A stretch of DNA of 64,000 nt, from the IMG/VR virus record IMGVR_UViG_3300031853_000015, positions 1 to 64,000 of that record; one strand, written 5' to 3'. This document shows positions 33,301-47,800 of the stretch, piece by piece. The notes beneath the pieces were generated by a model that ran no database searches, was not told the origin of the DNA, and was given only the letters and a program-made list of their open reading frames with translations. The DNA is from a virus (taxonomy: Duplodnaviria; Caudoviricetes). A program made the position numbers and the translations under genes. The first letter of the stretch is position 1. Each line of letters begins with the position of its first letter.

Positions 33301-34998
33301 TTTCTTGGAGGTAATATTCCAGGTGGTGTTGCCAATACAACAATGGGATTCACTGAAGTGCTAAAAGAAGCTGCTGTTGGAGAATATTTTGATCTAAAAG
33401 ATTGGGGAAGTGCCATAGCAGAATATTTTGGAACTGATAAAGATAATAACCCCGAATATAATTTCCTTACAGATAATTTGTTTGTAGATAGCTTCAGATA
33501 GATTAAACGAAATAAAGTAAATCAATTTTCAGAATATTTTGATGCCTTTGGAGATAATAACAGACAATTCCGATATAATAACTATTTTGGGGAAAAGTAT
33601 TTTAAATTTAAAGGAAAAGAATATTCTGTAGATTTAGAAAATCTTAAAATAGCTGATATATTTTATCATAATGCTTTTGCTCCTTATAGCATAGGAGACC
33701 ATTTTATGCAGTTAATACCTTTCATAGCATTAGCAAAAAGTATCAAATTGCATTATCTTGAAGATGGAAAAGTGGTTACTAAAAGTATGTATGATTGTTA
33801 CTAGATTCTTCATGAAGGGGACTTAAGAGAGGAGCATATAAGTTCCAGAGGTAGATTTGGACTACCTAAACGTAATTATGTAAAAGACAAGGCAAATGTA
33901 TAGCTTGTAGAAGATTTAGATAAGAAAATATCTAATATGGATGCTCTCATTGCAGCTATAGAAAATCATATTTCAAGTTTAAATAGGTTTGGTTTTAAAT
34001 CTTTTGATACTACTCCTTTTCAAAGTATAATTGATGAATATCACATAGAAGTCAATGATGATGAGTCTAGTCCTGTAAATAAGGAAAGTATATAGAAGCT
34101 TAAAAATGAACAATCCAAGTTAAGACAGTAGTTGCATGATTTAACTTGGCAGTCTGAAGATGAAAATGCTTTTAAACTTAAGGCCAGAGAAATAGGAAAC
34201 AGATTACATGGTATTTATAATACATAGGATAAAGTAGAATTTTAGTAGAATATTCTAGGCAATTCTATATTAGCCATGCGTGGTTATATGTTAGGAATGG
34301 TAGAAAGACGTTGGGGCAGTAGTAAATATAGCTTAGCCTTAGGTTAGGATGTTGAAGGAAGTGAAAGAACTTTTTGGAAAACTTGGTTTGCTTTTTTGGG
34401 AGGCAATATGACTTTTAAACACATGGTTGCTCTGTAGTTATATCTCCCTTTAGTTAGACCTCAATATGCTAAAAAATTAATGAAAGACTATGGTTTCAGT
34501 GATAATCAATTTTATAACATGAGAAGACATCTTATAGACTGGCTTGTTATATTAAGCACTAGTATATTAGTTGGAGGAGTGTTTAGACTATTTGATTATT
34601 AGGGCATATTAGGAAGGCCTTCAGATAGTGATCCTGATGATTATTATCCTAAAAATAAGGATGATTATGCAGCAGCTTTGGCCTATTATTTTATATCTAG
34701 ATTATATATGGAACAGGCTGCATATAATGAACTTACAGCTGCTGCATAGGTAGAAGGTCCTAGTGTTTTCTCTTTAATAGGTTCTAATGTAGCAATGCTA
34801 GATAATGCTCTTACTATACTTAATCTTGCTATAAATGGAGATGAGTATAAACAAGGACCTTTTGCAGGCCAAAGTAAAGCTAAGATTAAATTTCTTAAGT
34901 ATATGCCTATATTTCGCTGGTGGTATACTGTAGATCAAGATCCTAGAAAATCTGCAGAAGCTTTTGAAGTTAATAGAGGAGGAATTAGTAGAAGATAA
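30322..34998 (+). CDS. large virion (cargo-type) protein, ~1558 aa, TAG=Gln
   Basis: ATG 1 nt after the RNAP stop. Fragments 30400, 31489, 31987, 32929, 33274 and 34795 share the frame. First TAG at codon 25; ends TAA. Confidence 0.75.
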
Positions 34999-35017
34999 AA
35001 CAACAGAATTTAAATAC

Positions 35018-35055
35018 AAAGAGGAAGGGAAAATCTCCCTTCCTCTTATTTTTTT
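35018..35055. terminator. bidirectional intrinsic terminator between convergent giant genes
   Basis: AAGAGGAAGGGA-AAATC-TCCCTTCCTCTT followed by a T-run. Confidence 0.85.
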
Positions 35056-35061
35056 CATCTA

Positions 35062-38000
35062 TTAAAGATTTCTTATAATCCTTTTACGTTGTACTCGCAC
35101 ACTTGATGCAGGTACTCCTGCTGTATGACAAGTTTTAGTATCATCTATTTCTTTAGCTTCTTCTGTAGTACTCATTCCTTCTACTTTAACTTCAGAACCT
35201 ACAACAGGATTTGCTAAATTTGAAGTTAATGTTTCTTTTTCCTATAAATGTAAATCTGAATGAATTACAATACCAGAAGGAGGTGGAGCCTCTACTTTCA
35301 TATCAGCAACTCCTGAAGGATTCTATTCTCCATTTTCTATCTATAATTGTTTTATAATAGAATCAATTTTAGCTTCCTATGCTTCAGTCAAATTGTTTAC
35401 ATCTATAGAAACTTCAGATGTCATAGGTATATTTAAAGAAACAGCATAAGAAGATTTTAATATCTTTTCACGTAAAGTAGCATCTTCCTTACCTTCTTTT
35501 AATATTGCAATTTCTATAGGAGTAAATCCTACAGCCCTAAGCATTTTCTCTGCAGATTCAGACAGTGCTGTTTTTTCTTTTGCACGTATTTTTGTGACTA
35601 GCATTTGTATGTCTATAGGCATTCCTAATCTAGTCTTTTCAGGATTTGTAAGTACAACAGGCTTGCCATTTAGCAGAAGTTGCTCTCCTTCTTTAGAATA
35701 AATATTATCCTCGGAAGGGGCCTCATAATCTACTTGGATAGGTATGATATGCACAGAGTCTACTTTTATACCCCATTGTTTCTCTAACAAATTTTTATAA
35801 ACATTTAACTATATTCCATATTTATTAAATAAAACATCCTAGAAATTATCATCAGATCTAAAGGTTTTCATATCATATATATGATACTTACCAAAGTTAT
35901 CTACAGTTAACATATCCAAATGTCCTGTATTAGGAACTTCTATAGTTTTACCATTTTTAAGAGTAACTTTAATAGTACCATCTGTTACAACTTCTTCTGA
36001 AATTATTCTAGTCTCTCCTCTATCAAGCATCTGCTATTTAAGAACATTTAATCCTTCTACCATTTCATCAAGTACTTCTTTACTTAATACAGGATACTTA
36101 GCATAATCTACCTTTTTGAATAAGAAATTTCCTTCATCATCTGTTTCAAAGAAATCTCTTATAAAAGTATCTACTGCTGTACCTATTATAGTTGAAGGTA
36201 TATGATATGGGTTATCTTCTGAGAAATTACTATCATACAATATACCTGCTATTGTAGTTGCAGACAAATGTCCTTTAACATAGAGTTTTCCTTTCTAACC
36301 TCCCCCCTCTCGTTTCTTTTTTATTTCAGCTACACGTTTCCTGGAATACTTAAGAATTTTGTCTACAGTAAGTTTAACATTACTTGCAAGATTCTCTGCT
36401 ACAGAAGGGCCTTTTTCAATAGTAGCATTTGCAGCATGACCATCATTACCTGCCAGATTGCCAGCATTGTCTCCATTGAATACTGTAGGAGCTATAGGAG
36501 CATTTGCAACAGGATTTCCTTCTAAAGTATAAGGAGCTGCAATATAAGCATATACCCCAGGAATACCTTCCTAGGAAAAAGATAAGATACCATCATCAAA
36601 CAAAGCCCTTGCAATCTCTATGCCCATTTTGCTAGAGGAATCTTCCTATGTATTTAAGTTTGACCTGTACTCTGCTAAATCTTTTTCATGACTATTCCAG
36701 CCTAAACCTGCAATTTGGTTATCTCCTCTAAAAACAAATTCTGACTCTCCTCCTGAAGTTTCCACAGTATCAAATAGGAAATTTCTTATAAGAGTCATAG
36801 CAGAAGCATTATCTAAAAAAGTGACATTTGTTGGAATACTTAGTAACTCTGCTGTTTTAGTTCTCTGATAGGTTAATACTACTTGATAATGAGGTATATT
36901 CTATCCTTTAACTTCTTTTGAAACAGTTTTAACTTCTATGGAATATTCTTTGTTACCATTACTACTATAGAATATATTCTAGATTTCTTTCTCAAAATCT
37001 TTACTTAACTGCATATCTCTAGATGCAGGAGTGGGAAGTTCTGTAGCCTTCTTAAGAGCCCAATTTAATCTTGTAACTAAATGCTTAAGCATAGCACTTC
37101 CTTCTATACCATTAGATAATAAGAAATCATCTAAATTTTGATTATTCCTTTTTATAGCATCCAGTAAAGTTAGAGTTTCAGTACCTCTTACATCCTATAT
37201 TTCTATAGTAGTATCTTTTAAAGGCTATGTAAATACTCTTAATTCTCGGTCTTCTCCATTCTCATAATCATATTTGTAAAATACTCCTTGTTTCCCCTTA
37301 GTTTTAAACAGATTGCTTAAAACATAATCTCTAAATTTAGCATAGAGAGAGGTTTCTTTACCTGTATTTTTACCTTTAAAAATATCTTCAAATACTTCTT
37401 CAACTTTACCTAAAGTAGAATTAAATCCTAATTTAGCTAAAGCAATATCAGCAATTGATGTAAAAGATCCTTTTTTCATTGAAGGAGGAGTAACTTTTCT
37501 TATTCTTATTAATGTAGAAGTAACAGGATTATTTTTATCATCTCTAATAAGCTAATCTGTTAATACAACTCCTTCTTTGATAGCGGCTTTTCTTAAAGGT
37601 TCTGTTCTACTTTGACCTAAAGAAGGTTTAGAATAATCTTGTCTTTCAGAAGTTGCAGGAGCTAATCCAATAGGAGTATAATGTACATCTCTGAGGTTTC
37701 CTTTTCCATCATCCTACTGTATTACTATACCTCCTTTTTCATCTTCTACAACTGCTACTACAGGTAAATCTCTTAATTGCTCATAATCAGGTAATGCAGA
37801 GACTTCATCTAACATGGATTTAGGAACTATAAAATAGACTGTTTTTCTGTCTTTAGGATTTCTCTTAGCAGCCTCTTCCCTAAGTATGCGATCCATAGCA
37901 CTAATTCCTTCTTCTCCAAATAACTTAGCAAAGGCATCTTTTGTTTTTCCATAGGCAGGTCTGTCTTCTCTACTTTCCCATAGTAAAGGATTCTTAAATT

Positions 38001-41000
38001 CTATTGTACTACTCTGCCTACCTTCTTCATTTTTGAATATATTATCCATTACTTCTTTAGTTTCCTCCTCTGCCTTTTGATGCTCCTATTTAACTTCTTC
38101 TTTCTATTTAACCTCTTCTTCAGGAGCTATTTTACCCTCATGTTCAATAGTTTTAGGAGTTGCAGATTCTGTGGATTTACTACTTCCTTCCTCAGTGTCT
38201 ATTAAGAGCTTCTTATATTTATCTACCATAGATTGTGCTACTCTATTAACACGCTCTTCGCTATTAACATACTCTTCTTCTTCTCTTCCAGGTCCTCCAG
38301 GATTTAATGCATTAAGTTTGTCCAAGTATTCCCTAGCTGTGATATTTCCATTTAAATAATCTGCAGTAGCTTGAAGGTGACCTTGTTCAATATCATTAAC
38401 TTCTTTATCTCCTATATATTTTTCATAATAGTTATTAACTTCCTTAAGAGTAGTTTCTCTATCCATAAATAAATTTGGATTAACTTGATATCTGCCTGTT
38501 GGAGTAGAAGCTTTAGGAGCAACAGATTCAGGTTGTTCAGCAACTTCAGGTTTAGGAACACTAACTTCACGCTGTCTTTCCTCTATAATACGTTTATTGG
38601 TGGTATAATCTTCTATAGCTTTTTGTAATAGGTCTCTTACTGACATATTCTTATCAGTAGAAGTTACCATATCTATAATACCTAGAGGAGTATCTAAAGC
38701 AACATTATCATTTGTCTCTAAAACTTTTTGAATGTCTTTTATATTTTTATCAAAAAGTTCTAATATTGCTGCTCTATCTGAAAGATCTAAAGGATTTTCC
38801 TTAGAAGCTTTTTCTTGTAAATATTCAACTACTGCATCAATAATATTCTTTTGGTTATCATCTACCTCTGTTACCTATGAAATAAACTCAGTTCTATCCT
38901 ACTCATTTGCTACAGCAGTTTTATACTCAGCACTGTTGACCCATCTTTTTAGTTCATTTTTATACAATATTGCAGAAGTAGTACGGGCATAAGCATAAAA
39001 GGCTTCTTTATCAGCTATTATTTCATTAATTGTTTTCTCATTTTCCTATAGCCTATTATATAATGTGGCTGCATCAGCAATATCTACTTTGAAATTAGAA
39101 TTCTTTTTCTATTCCTACTCAATTAATTCTTTTATAATAGCCTACTGTTCATAACTAAAGTCTCTTGGATTTAAAATCATTTCAGCTCTCTACTCAGGAT
39201 TAAGCTCCATTATTTGTTCTTTACTTAGAGTGGTTGGAGTTTTTTCAATACCCTCTTCTGCTTCTTGAATTTCTCTTTGTAGTCTTTGCTTTTTCTTTAA
39301 TTGCTTCTAAAGATTTTCCAACTTCTTTTTAAAACGTGGTAACTACCATTTATCAACTGCTAGCATTTGTGTCTATTGTTCTGTTAACTCGTCATAAGAC
39401 TTAAACTATTCAATCTATTTTTGCTTTTGTTCTATAGTAGCTTTAGTTTTATTAATCTCTTCTTGTATATTATCTATCTATTCTTTATTAGTATTACTAG
39501 TTCTATTATATTCTACAGCATCATTTGTTTCAGTATTATACCTAGTATTCCCTGTTAGTGCCTAAGTAATAGATTTTAATCTGTCTTCCCACTAATCCTA
39601 TATAGTATAGGAATATGCTAATTGTACTGCAGCATCATCGTTTATATTATAATTCTAGAAAATTTTTCGTATATTTCCAAGATTTTTACGTAAGGTACTG
39701 TTCAGTTTAAGAAGTTTCTAAGCATTTGATTGAAGCTGCAGCTAAGCATAGAGTTTTTTTCCTTCATCATCCATCTAAACAACTTCTCCCTTTTCATTAG
39801 TACTAACATGTTCATCTAAAAGATGCACATTTTCAGGAGCACCTAAAAAAGCAGTAATATCTTCATCTGTTATTTGACCTTCTGCTATTCTCTTTAAATC
39901 TTCAAAATAGCTTTTAGCTATTTCTCCATAACGTCCTCCTTCTTCTTCAAGCTTAGCTAAGTTATACAGTATGGCAAAACCTAAACCATCATTAGCGTCC
40001 TTTAAATCAATAAATTTTCCAAAATCATGGTTATCTTTTCTTCTGGCTGCCCAATAAAGTAATTGGTGAATATCATTAACTTTAACTCCATTATCTGCTA
40101 CTATTTTATTTAGCTACTATAATCTCTCATCAGTATTCTTTTGTTCCTCTCTAGTCATTGCTATACTTCCTACAAGAGAATTTCCCAAGAATTGATTTGC
40201 AATACTCCATTTAGATAGTTTTCTTCCATTTTCATCTGTAGAAAAATTATTCCACCATTTAGCCCAAGTACCTGTATTTTGAGTATCTCCTCCTTTAGCT
40301 TGATCAAAAAAACTTGTAAATATTTTTAAGGTTCCTAAAGGATTCAGAGATGTTACTGTACCTAGAGCTCCTACAAATCCATCCATGAAAGATTGTTTGT
40401 CAAATAAACTTTCACCTCCAGAATTAACTCCAGCCAAAAAGTTACCCATAACAGCAGTAGATTGCTAATAAGCATCGGGATTGTACTTTACCTGCATATA
40501 ATCATTGAAGTCATGCAAATGATATCCAGTAGCAAAACCTACTGAAACATCATCCATATAATTACTCCAAAAACCTCCCCAAACATTTTTACCTGCTTGG
40601 GTAACTGCTTCTGCACTCTATCTCCAACGTGAAGTATTTCTTTCTAATTGACCTGCCTCATTAATTTTATATTTACCAAATTTTCCTTGAAGCTTTTTTT
40701 CTATTCCTAACAATTCAGAAGATTTAGTAAAGTCAGGACGCAACTTTTCTGTACTAAAAAATTTTTTAGCTTGATTATAAGTATCACGTACAGTTCTTAA
40801 AGGCTTTAATGGATTAGGAACTTCTAGAGGGATTCTTCCTTTATTTACTCTTCTTGCTGCATCCCTATAAATCCATGTTCTATAAGCAAGATTAATACCT
40901 GTATTTCTTAAAGATTCAATGGTAAAATTCATGTTATAAGCATCTGCTGCTCTTTTGTTAAGAGCTTCAAAATCCTCACTCTTTTCCTATTTCTTTTTAT

Positions 41001-43233
41001 TTACCCATGGTGTTCTTAAAGCATCTAATTCATTTTGCTTTTCCTATATTAATCCAGCTATCTGTTCAGGGGATAAGTTACTAGTATCTATACTAGCATA
41101 TTTATTTTGAATAGCATTATACTAAGCTACATATTTAGGATCTTTCTTCAATTCACTGTCTATTTGTTCTAGAATCTGTTGTAATCCCTACTCTCTTACT
41201 TTATCATAAGCAGCCATTCCATAACCTACAGAAATAGGTATTGATCCAAAATAAGCTTTTGAATAACCATGCAGTTTATTAAAAAGGTCTGTCAGAGTTC
41301 CTTGTACTGCTAATTTATTGGTATCTGATAAACCTGTTTTTCCTAACATTTTAAAATTCTGAGCTCCTATCCATCTGCTTACTTTGTTGGTAAAAGCCAT
41401 TTTATCAAATCTGCCTAAAAGCCATTGGGTAGCAGCCTAATCAGCAATATAACCAGACATTTTAAATGCTTCCAAAGCATTATCCGCAGTCCAGAAATCA
41501 TGTTGTTCACCTATTTTTCTTATCCTCTAGTCAGGGGATATTCCAGATCCTTTATACTCCCCTGTTTTATCCTATTCCTCTATCCATTCCTCTCTAGTAC
41601 CTCCTTGTGATAAAAAATCTTTATAAGCTTGAGAATCTGTTCCATAAACAATTCTTTCCTAATCTCTAACATTAAGAACTCCTAGTTTATCAACCCTATC
41701 CCAATACCTCATAGCTTTCCAATAATTATCTTCCTACTCTTTGCTTAAGAAACCTTTACCTAGTTTTTCCATAAGCCAGAGTGTTTTCTCTGCTCCACTT
41801 GCAAGGAATTTAAGACCTGCATCCTAAACAGCTTCTGATACCTAATCTCCATAGCCATTTTCTATCTGTTTATCAGATATTATATCATTTATATCATCAT
41901 TAAGTATCTATAAAGCTGCATCTAAACCATATTGATATGCAATAGCATTTGTTTGTGCTAATAATCTTAGTTTCTGTCCATCAGTAAGCTGTATCCTGTC
42001 TTTAAAAGTCTATACTAGAGGATTATTCTCTGTTATTTTATTCCAAGCCATTTGAAGATTATCTCTCCATTCAGGGTCTGTATTTTGCTTTTTCTCAGCT
42101 TCCTATACGAATTGCATCTGAAGATCTGCTGCATCTATTTTAATTTTTCTATTTGACTCTGCATGATACTTATCTAAAAGAACTTCTTTTCCTTTAGTAT
42201 CATCATCTCCAAAAGGCATTAGATTCTAGGACCATTTGCTAAGGTTGCCTACACCTGCTCCTCCTATTAAACCTCCTATCCAAGCTCCCCAAGCAGACTT
42301 AGTTAAGACAGCTCCATATATACTGCCTATTACAGAACCTTCTTCTCCTCCACGCATTAGGGATTTTATTCCAAGGAAGCCTCCTCCTGTATCTTCACTA
42401 TATGCAGGAGTAAATAGAGTGGCAGCATCTGAAAGGCCTTCAGATACATTATCAATTACTTTTTCATACCAAGTTCTATAGTCTTCATCTTCATCCTTTA
42501 AGGTTCCAAGTTTTACAGGCTTTTTATCTTCCGTATAAAGTTCACCTTCTGGGCTAATTCTACCATTAGCATACATTTCAGCTTTAGTATCAGGATGATA
42601 ATTTTTTATATCTTCCCAATCTTTAGTGCCCTCAAACTTTCCTCTGAATAATTCATCAACATACCATCTATTCTACTATTCTGGAGACAAAGAATTAAAA
42701 AACTCTACTTTTCTAGCTCTTTCTTCTGATAATCTCTCATATTCCTCTAAATCAGCCTTCGTATAAGCTTCTTTTTCTTTAGCTACTTTATCCTATACTT
42801 GCTGAGTTAGTTCTGCAGCAGATAGTTTACTTAGATTATTATATTGTATATCCCATTCCTATTGTCTTCCAATACCTTCTCTATAAGCAGGATCTTCTTC
42901 ACTTCTATCTGTACTGAAGGGATTTAACTTTTCTCTCCAAGTCCTTCTATCTACAGCTGTAGGTTCAGGCCTCTCTCCAATCAGATAATCAGTAAGAGTT
43001 TTCCTATAATATTCTGGAGTAAAAAGATTTCTTCTCCTTATAAAATTTTCCATTCTTAATTCTGGAGTAAGATCCTAATCTAATAAGAGATTAGCTGCAT
43101 TATAGTTTCTATATACATAATCTTTATCTTCCTCAGAAAAATCATTCCATCCAGCAATTTTTTGAAGGTATTCTTTTTCTACAGCATCCCTATCTTCTGC
43201 TGATAAACCTTTTAATCCTTTTATATTAACCAT
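35062..43233 (-). CDS. giant virion protein, ~2723 aa, TAG=Gln, with C-terminal PD-(D/E)XK nuclease domain
   Basis: Eleven track fragments (42859 to 35377) share one frame. Start MVNIKGLKGL, end ...RKRIIRNL-TAA. Motif GHLDML...IYDMKT...YGI(Q)LNVY. Confidence 0.75.
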
Positions 43234-43254
43234 TTTAAATTTTAAATTTATTAT

Positions 43255-44805
43255 TTATTTAGCGAAGTTTGGTAGTCCATTTGTTTCTGTGGTAGTAGAA
43301 TTTCCTTCTACGGTGCCTTCATCAGTCTTTGGACTCTCATTAGACTCTGAAGGAGATTCTTCTTCATTAGCAGGTATATATGTCCCCTCTTCTCCAGTAT
43401 TTCTTATGCAGACCCTAATATGATCATCAGACCAATTGTCTTGATCTACATATAATACTAAATCATCATAAGTTAACCTAGGAATTTGTTTTTGTGCTTC
43501 CATTAATATTTCTTCCTTAGTGGACGCAGGTAAATCAGCTCGTCCCAAACTTATACCATTAAACTCATCTCCATCTGAATGCCCATTAAAGCCATTTCCT
43601 CCTTCACTCAGCCTTCTAAATTTATTTTTAGGTCTTATAGTTTTTTCATAGCTATATCCTGTATAATCCTTCATTCTAAACTCAAAAGGTTCAAATCTAT
43701 GACCTAATATTCTATAAGATTCATTACTTAATAATTCATCATTATATCCATTTTCTTGTTTTTCCCTGGTCCTTTTCCAGAACTCTTCTTGTTTATTAAT
43801 AAGGTTTAGATCTTCCTTTTCACGGTTAACCTGCTGTTGTTGTAGTCTTGTATTAAGCTAAGCACCAGTTAATGGAGGACTTTGTACTGTTGGGGAAGAC
43901 CAACTCTTTGTTTTTGGATTATATGTCCAAGTATGTCCTTCATAATCTTCTACATCTGCATACTGATCAGCATCATAATAATTTCCATATCCTAAAGGTC
44001 TAGAGTTTTTAGCATTATAATTACTAAGATGCTCATATTTAGGAGCCTATATTCCTCTTATAGCACCTATTATTGTATTATTCCATATCTTATTGTTAGC
44101 TTCACTTGAATAGGTATCTTTAGCATAAGTATTATACACCTTATCTAAGGCGGAAACAAGTTGGCCTATATCTCCTGAATATTGAGTACTTGCAGTAGGA
44201 TTGTGCTGCATTATTTGCTATAATGCTTGGTTTCCATCAAGTCCACTTTGCTTTAATACAAAATATTGTTTTGCAATATCTCCTGCCACCTCAGGGGCTT
44301 TCATTAAAGCATTATCAAGACCTTGTGTAACTCCTGCAGCTGCATTCTGTATTTCTTTAGCACTTACATGATCTAATGAAGGATTAAGACCTCCAACAAA
44401 ATCTTTAAAGGTGGCTGGATTACCAATAATAGCATCAGGACCTAAAGTTGCAACTTTATCCTAATATTTATTATAAGCCTCTGCAGCCCTGTTTATGGGA
44501 GCTACTTCTTCCTAATATCTTCTCCTTATGTTCATTACTGCAGCTCTGTTTCTAAGATTCATACCTCTACTGAAATCCTCTACAACATCTGCATAATCTT
44601 GATTATACTAATTTATAACATCTTTATAAGGTTTATACTCATCTCCATCAGGAAGAGTATACTATCCTTTTTCCTAAGCTATCTTATCCAGCTAATCTTC
44701 AAGTCTATAATAGGCATCCCTATAATCACGAAGTATTTGTAACCTAGGAGTGATATCAAAGGGCTTAAAATTACTGGTGTCTACAATTATATTATAGTTT
44801 GGCAT
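43255..44805 (-). CDS. crAss-like virion protein, ~516 aa, TAG=Gln
   Basis: Start MPNYNIIVDTSNFKPFDITP is in frame with fragment 43255-43674. The N-terminus resembles conserved crAss virion proteins (recalled). Confidence 0.7.
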
Positions 44806-44816
44806 ACGACATTAAT

Positions 44817-47800
44817 TTATGTATCAAAATAACCTCTTCTTCTCTTCTTTGCATCAGTATCTTCTTGAGCAGCAAACCAATCCTTTCCATACCCTGATAT
44901 AGGAGCATAAGCACCTGCTTTAGTTGACCATCCAAATAGTTTATTATTATCATTCTAAGCTGCCCAATTGAAAAACATATTACCTAATCCTGTTACTCCA
45001 GAACTAATACCAGCACCTCTAGCATCATCTATCCTTTGCCCCAATAATGCAGCCTCTTTCTCAGCATCAAATTTATAGCCTCTGGCTTTTAAAGCAGCAT
45101 CTTGATTTGCTTTATCTGCATCTAAGAATCCTGTACTATTAAATTTATCAACATCTGTATTGTGCTCCGCAACTTGTTTTTCTAAATTATTATTATATTC
45201 AAGACCTTGCCTATATACATTACCACTTGCTATTTGGTTATTATAAGCATTAGCCAATAATGCAGCATTTTGAGCTCCTTGATTACCGCCACTATTCAGT
45301 ATAGACCTGTCTGTAGCTCTTGCATTAGCATTTAATCTATTTTGTTCCTGCCATATATCAAATGGGCTATAAGTTAAATAATTACCAATAGGCTTAAACT
45401 CCACAGGTTTATATCTACCTGCTTCTAAACCTGCATTTACTAAATCTGCTACATTACTATAATCAGGGTCTGTAAAGATATTATATCCTAAAGCTGCTGC
45501 CTATAAACCCGCTCCTAACCAATAAGGCCATGTATCTAAATCTGGGAATGGGTTATTATCAGTACCTAGATTACCTGTTCTGACTATTGTACCATCAGGA
45601 GAAACTTCCAATCCCTCAGGTGTACCCTCTACTCTGTTGAAGTATATTCCTGCATTAGGATCTAGAGTGTAGATAGTAGTACCATCATCTTTATTCTCTG
45701 TATTGACAATAGAATAATTGTCTCTCCAGTTACCCTCAGGATTTAAGTAAGTACCTTCATTACCTTTCATCTAATAAAGCTCTCTAGCTTGCTTAGTTCC
45801 ATAAGTGCCATGCATCTATCCAGCAATTTGGTCAAAGAATCCACTTCTAGTACCATCAGCATTGGTCTTATTTAGAGTCTCATAGTTATCTTGGATGTAC
45901 TTCTTAAAGGTATCATAATCCTGTAAACTTCCTGCGTAGTCTTTACCAAATATAACATTTGGGTCATATTTTGCTGCATAGTCAGGACTTAATCCTGCAA
46001 CATAGTCCTACCATAGTTTCTTTCCAGCTTCATCTTGAGCAGCAGCACTCTTTGCTAACTCATATCTTGGTCTCAGATATTCATCTGACAGCTCATAGGA
46101 CTTCATATCATCATAGGTATTATCACCTACAACAATCTTTCCCTTATTATTAGCCCAATTTCTTGATTTATAATGTCCTCTAGTACCTGCCTCTACAGGT
46201 ACAGGAGTCTTCTCTCCATACAAAGGAGTATTCCAATCTATACTTCTACTCCAAGCTTCATCAGGATTTACTATTTGCCAATCCTTATGTGCTGATGAAG
46301 GGGCAAGAGTTTCATTCAACTGACCAAGAGTAACTTTATTTTTTTCTGAAAGTTTTACCAAATCATCATCAAGGGTTTCCCTTTGATTCATAGTCTTATA
46401 GTTATCAGCATTAAAATTTGGATCTAATGCTCTACCAAGTTTTACCTTCTGCTCATATGTGAGATTCTTAATGTCATCCTTAGTAAGAGTAGAATTCTTT
46501 TGTGCTTCTCTATAATCTGCAAGTTCCTTTTCTTTCTACAAATTGTCTTTGTAAGCAGCCATTTCAGTTTCAAAAGCCTTTCTATCTGCCCTCTTTAATG
46601 AATGTTGATATTGTCTTATATATCTATTCTAGACAGCTTCGTCAAGTTTATTCCATTCTTCTTCTGTAAGATTATGGTGCTTAGCTACTTTAGCTATTGG
46701 ACCACCAAGAGCATAGAGTTGTCCTCCATATGCTGCCATCTATTGAGCAGCAGCTGCTTCCTCAGGAGATACTTCCTACTATTGAGCTTGAGCCATTGCC
46801 TATTGCTGTTGCATCATAGCAACTTCTTCTGGAGACATCTCCTATTGTTGAGATGCTGCAGCCTAAGCTTCTGCCTATTGCTGCATTTGAGCCTATTGCT
46901 CCTAAGCAGCCTACATTTCTTGCTGCTGTTGTAAAGCTGCAAATTCTTCAGGAGTCATATTATCAATGGCTTTCTTCATTTCTTCCAGTCTTTCTTTCTC
47001 CCTCTCTTTCTCCTATGCTACTGCAAGTACACTGAGAATAGCCTTAAAGCTCCTCTTTGCTATAGGGTCATTAGGTCTTTCATTTACGCCAGAATCTTTC
47101 TCTGCTTTCTTAGCAGCTTTAGCAAAAGTCATACCTTCATAAGGTTTAAGTACTTTATCTTCATAAGGTATTTCCTATTTTCCTTTTCCTCTCTCACCTC
47201 TAGGTACAACTAATCTATTAGAGAAAACATAGTCATCATAAACAACCTCTCCTTCCTCTAATAAATTAGGTACTCCCTAAGAATCTGTGCCCATTGGTAC
47301 ACCTCCATTAGGATTCCTTTCATGAGAAAGTCCTGTATCTATATGGGTTAAACCTGTTGAGAAAGTTCCTCCACCAGCTTCTACATCTCCACCAAAGGCA
47401 AAAGCATTATTAGGCATTCCTGCAAACAAGTTAGGAATACCTCCAGTATTTCTTTTATTTATCATTCTATCTGTGTATATAGCATAACCTATAGGAGTAC
47501 TAGGATCAATAGTATCAATAGGTCCTCCATAAGCTGAAAAATTACTCATAACATTATCATTTGTTGTTGTGTTTACATTTGTGGCTCCTGTAGCCATACT
47601 ATGATTCTAAAAGGCTAAAGCAGCATTTTCTTTTGCAATAAGGGCATTTCCTTTTCTAGTTCCTGAAGAAGTAAACCATCCATTCTTGTATAAATCTCCA
47701 GCCCTAAGCCCTGAACCTGCAGTCATTTTACCTGCAGCATTAAAGAAGTCTCCTGTAGTTGTAGCTCTTCCAAAAGCATTTCCTGCATTTCTTGCAGTAG

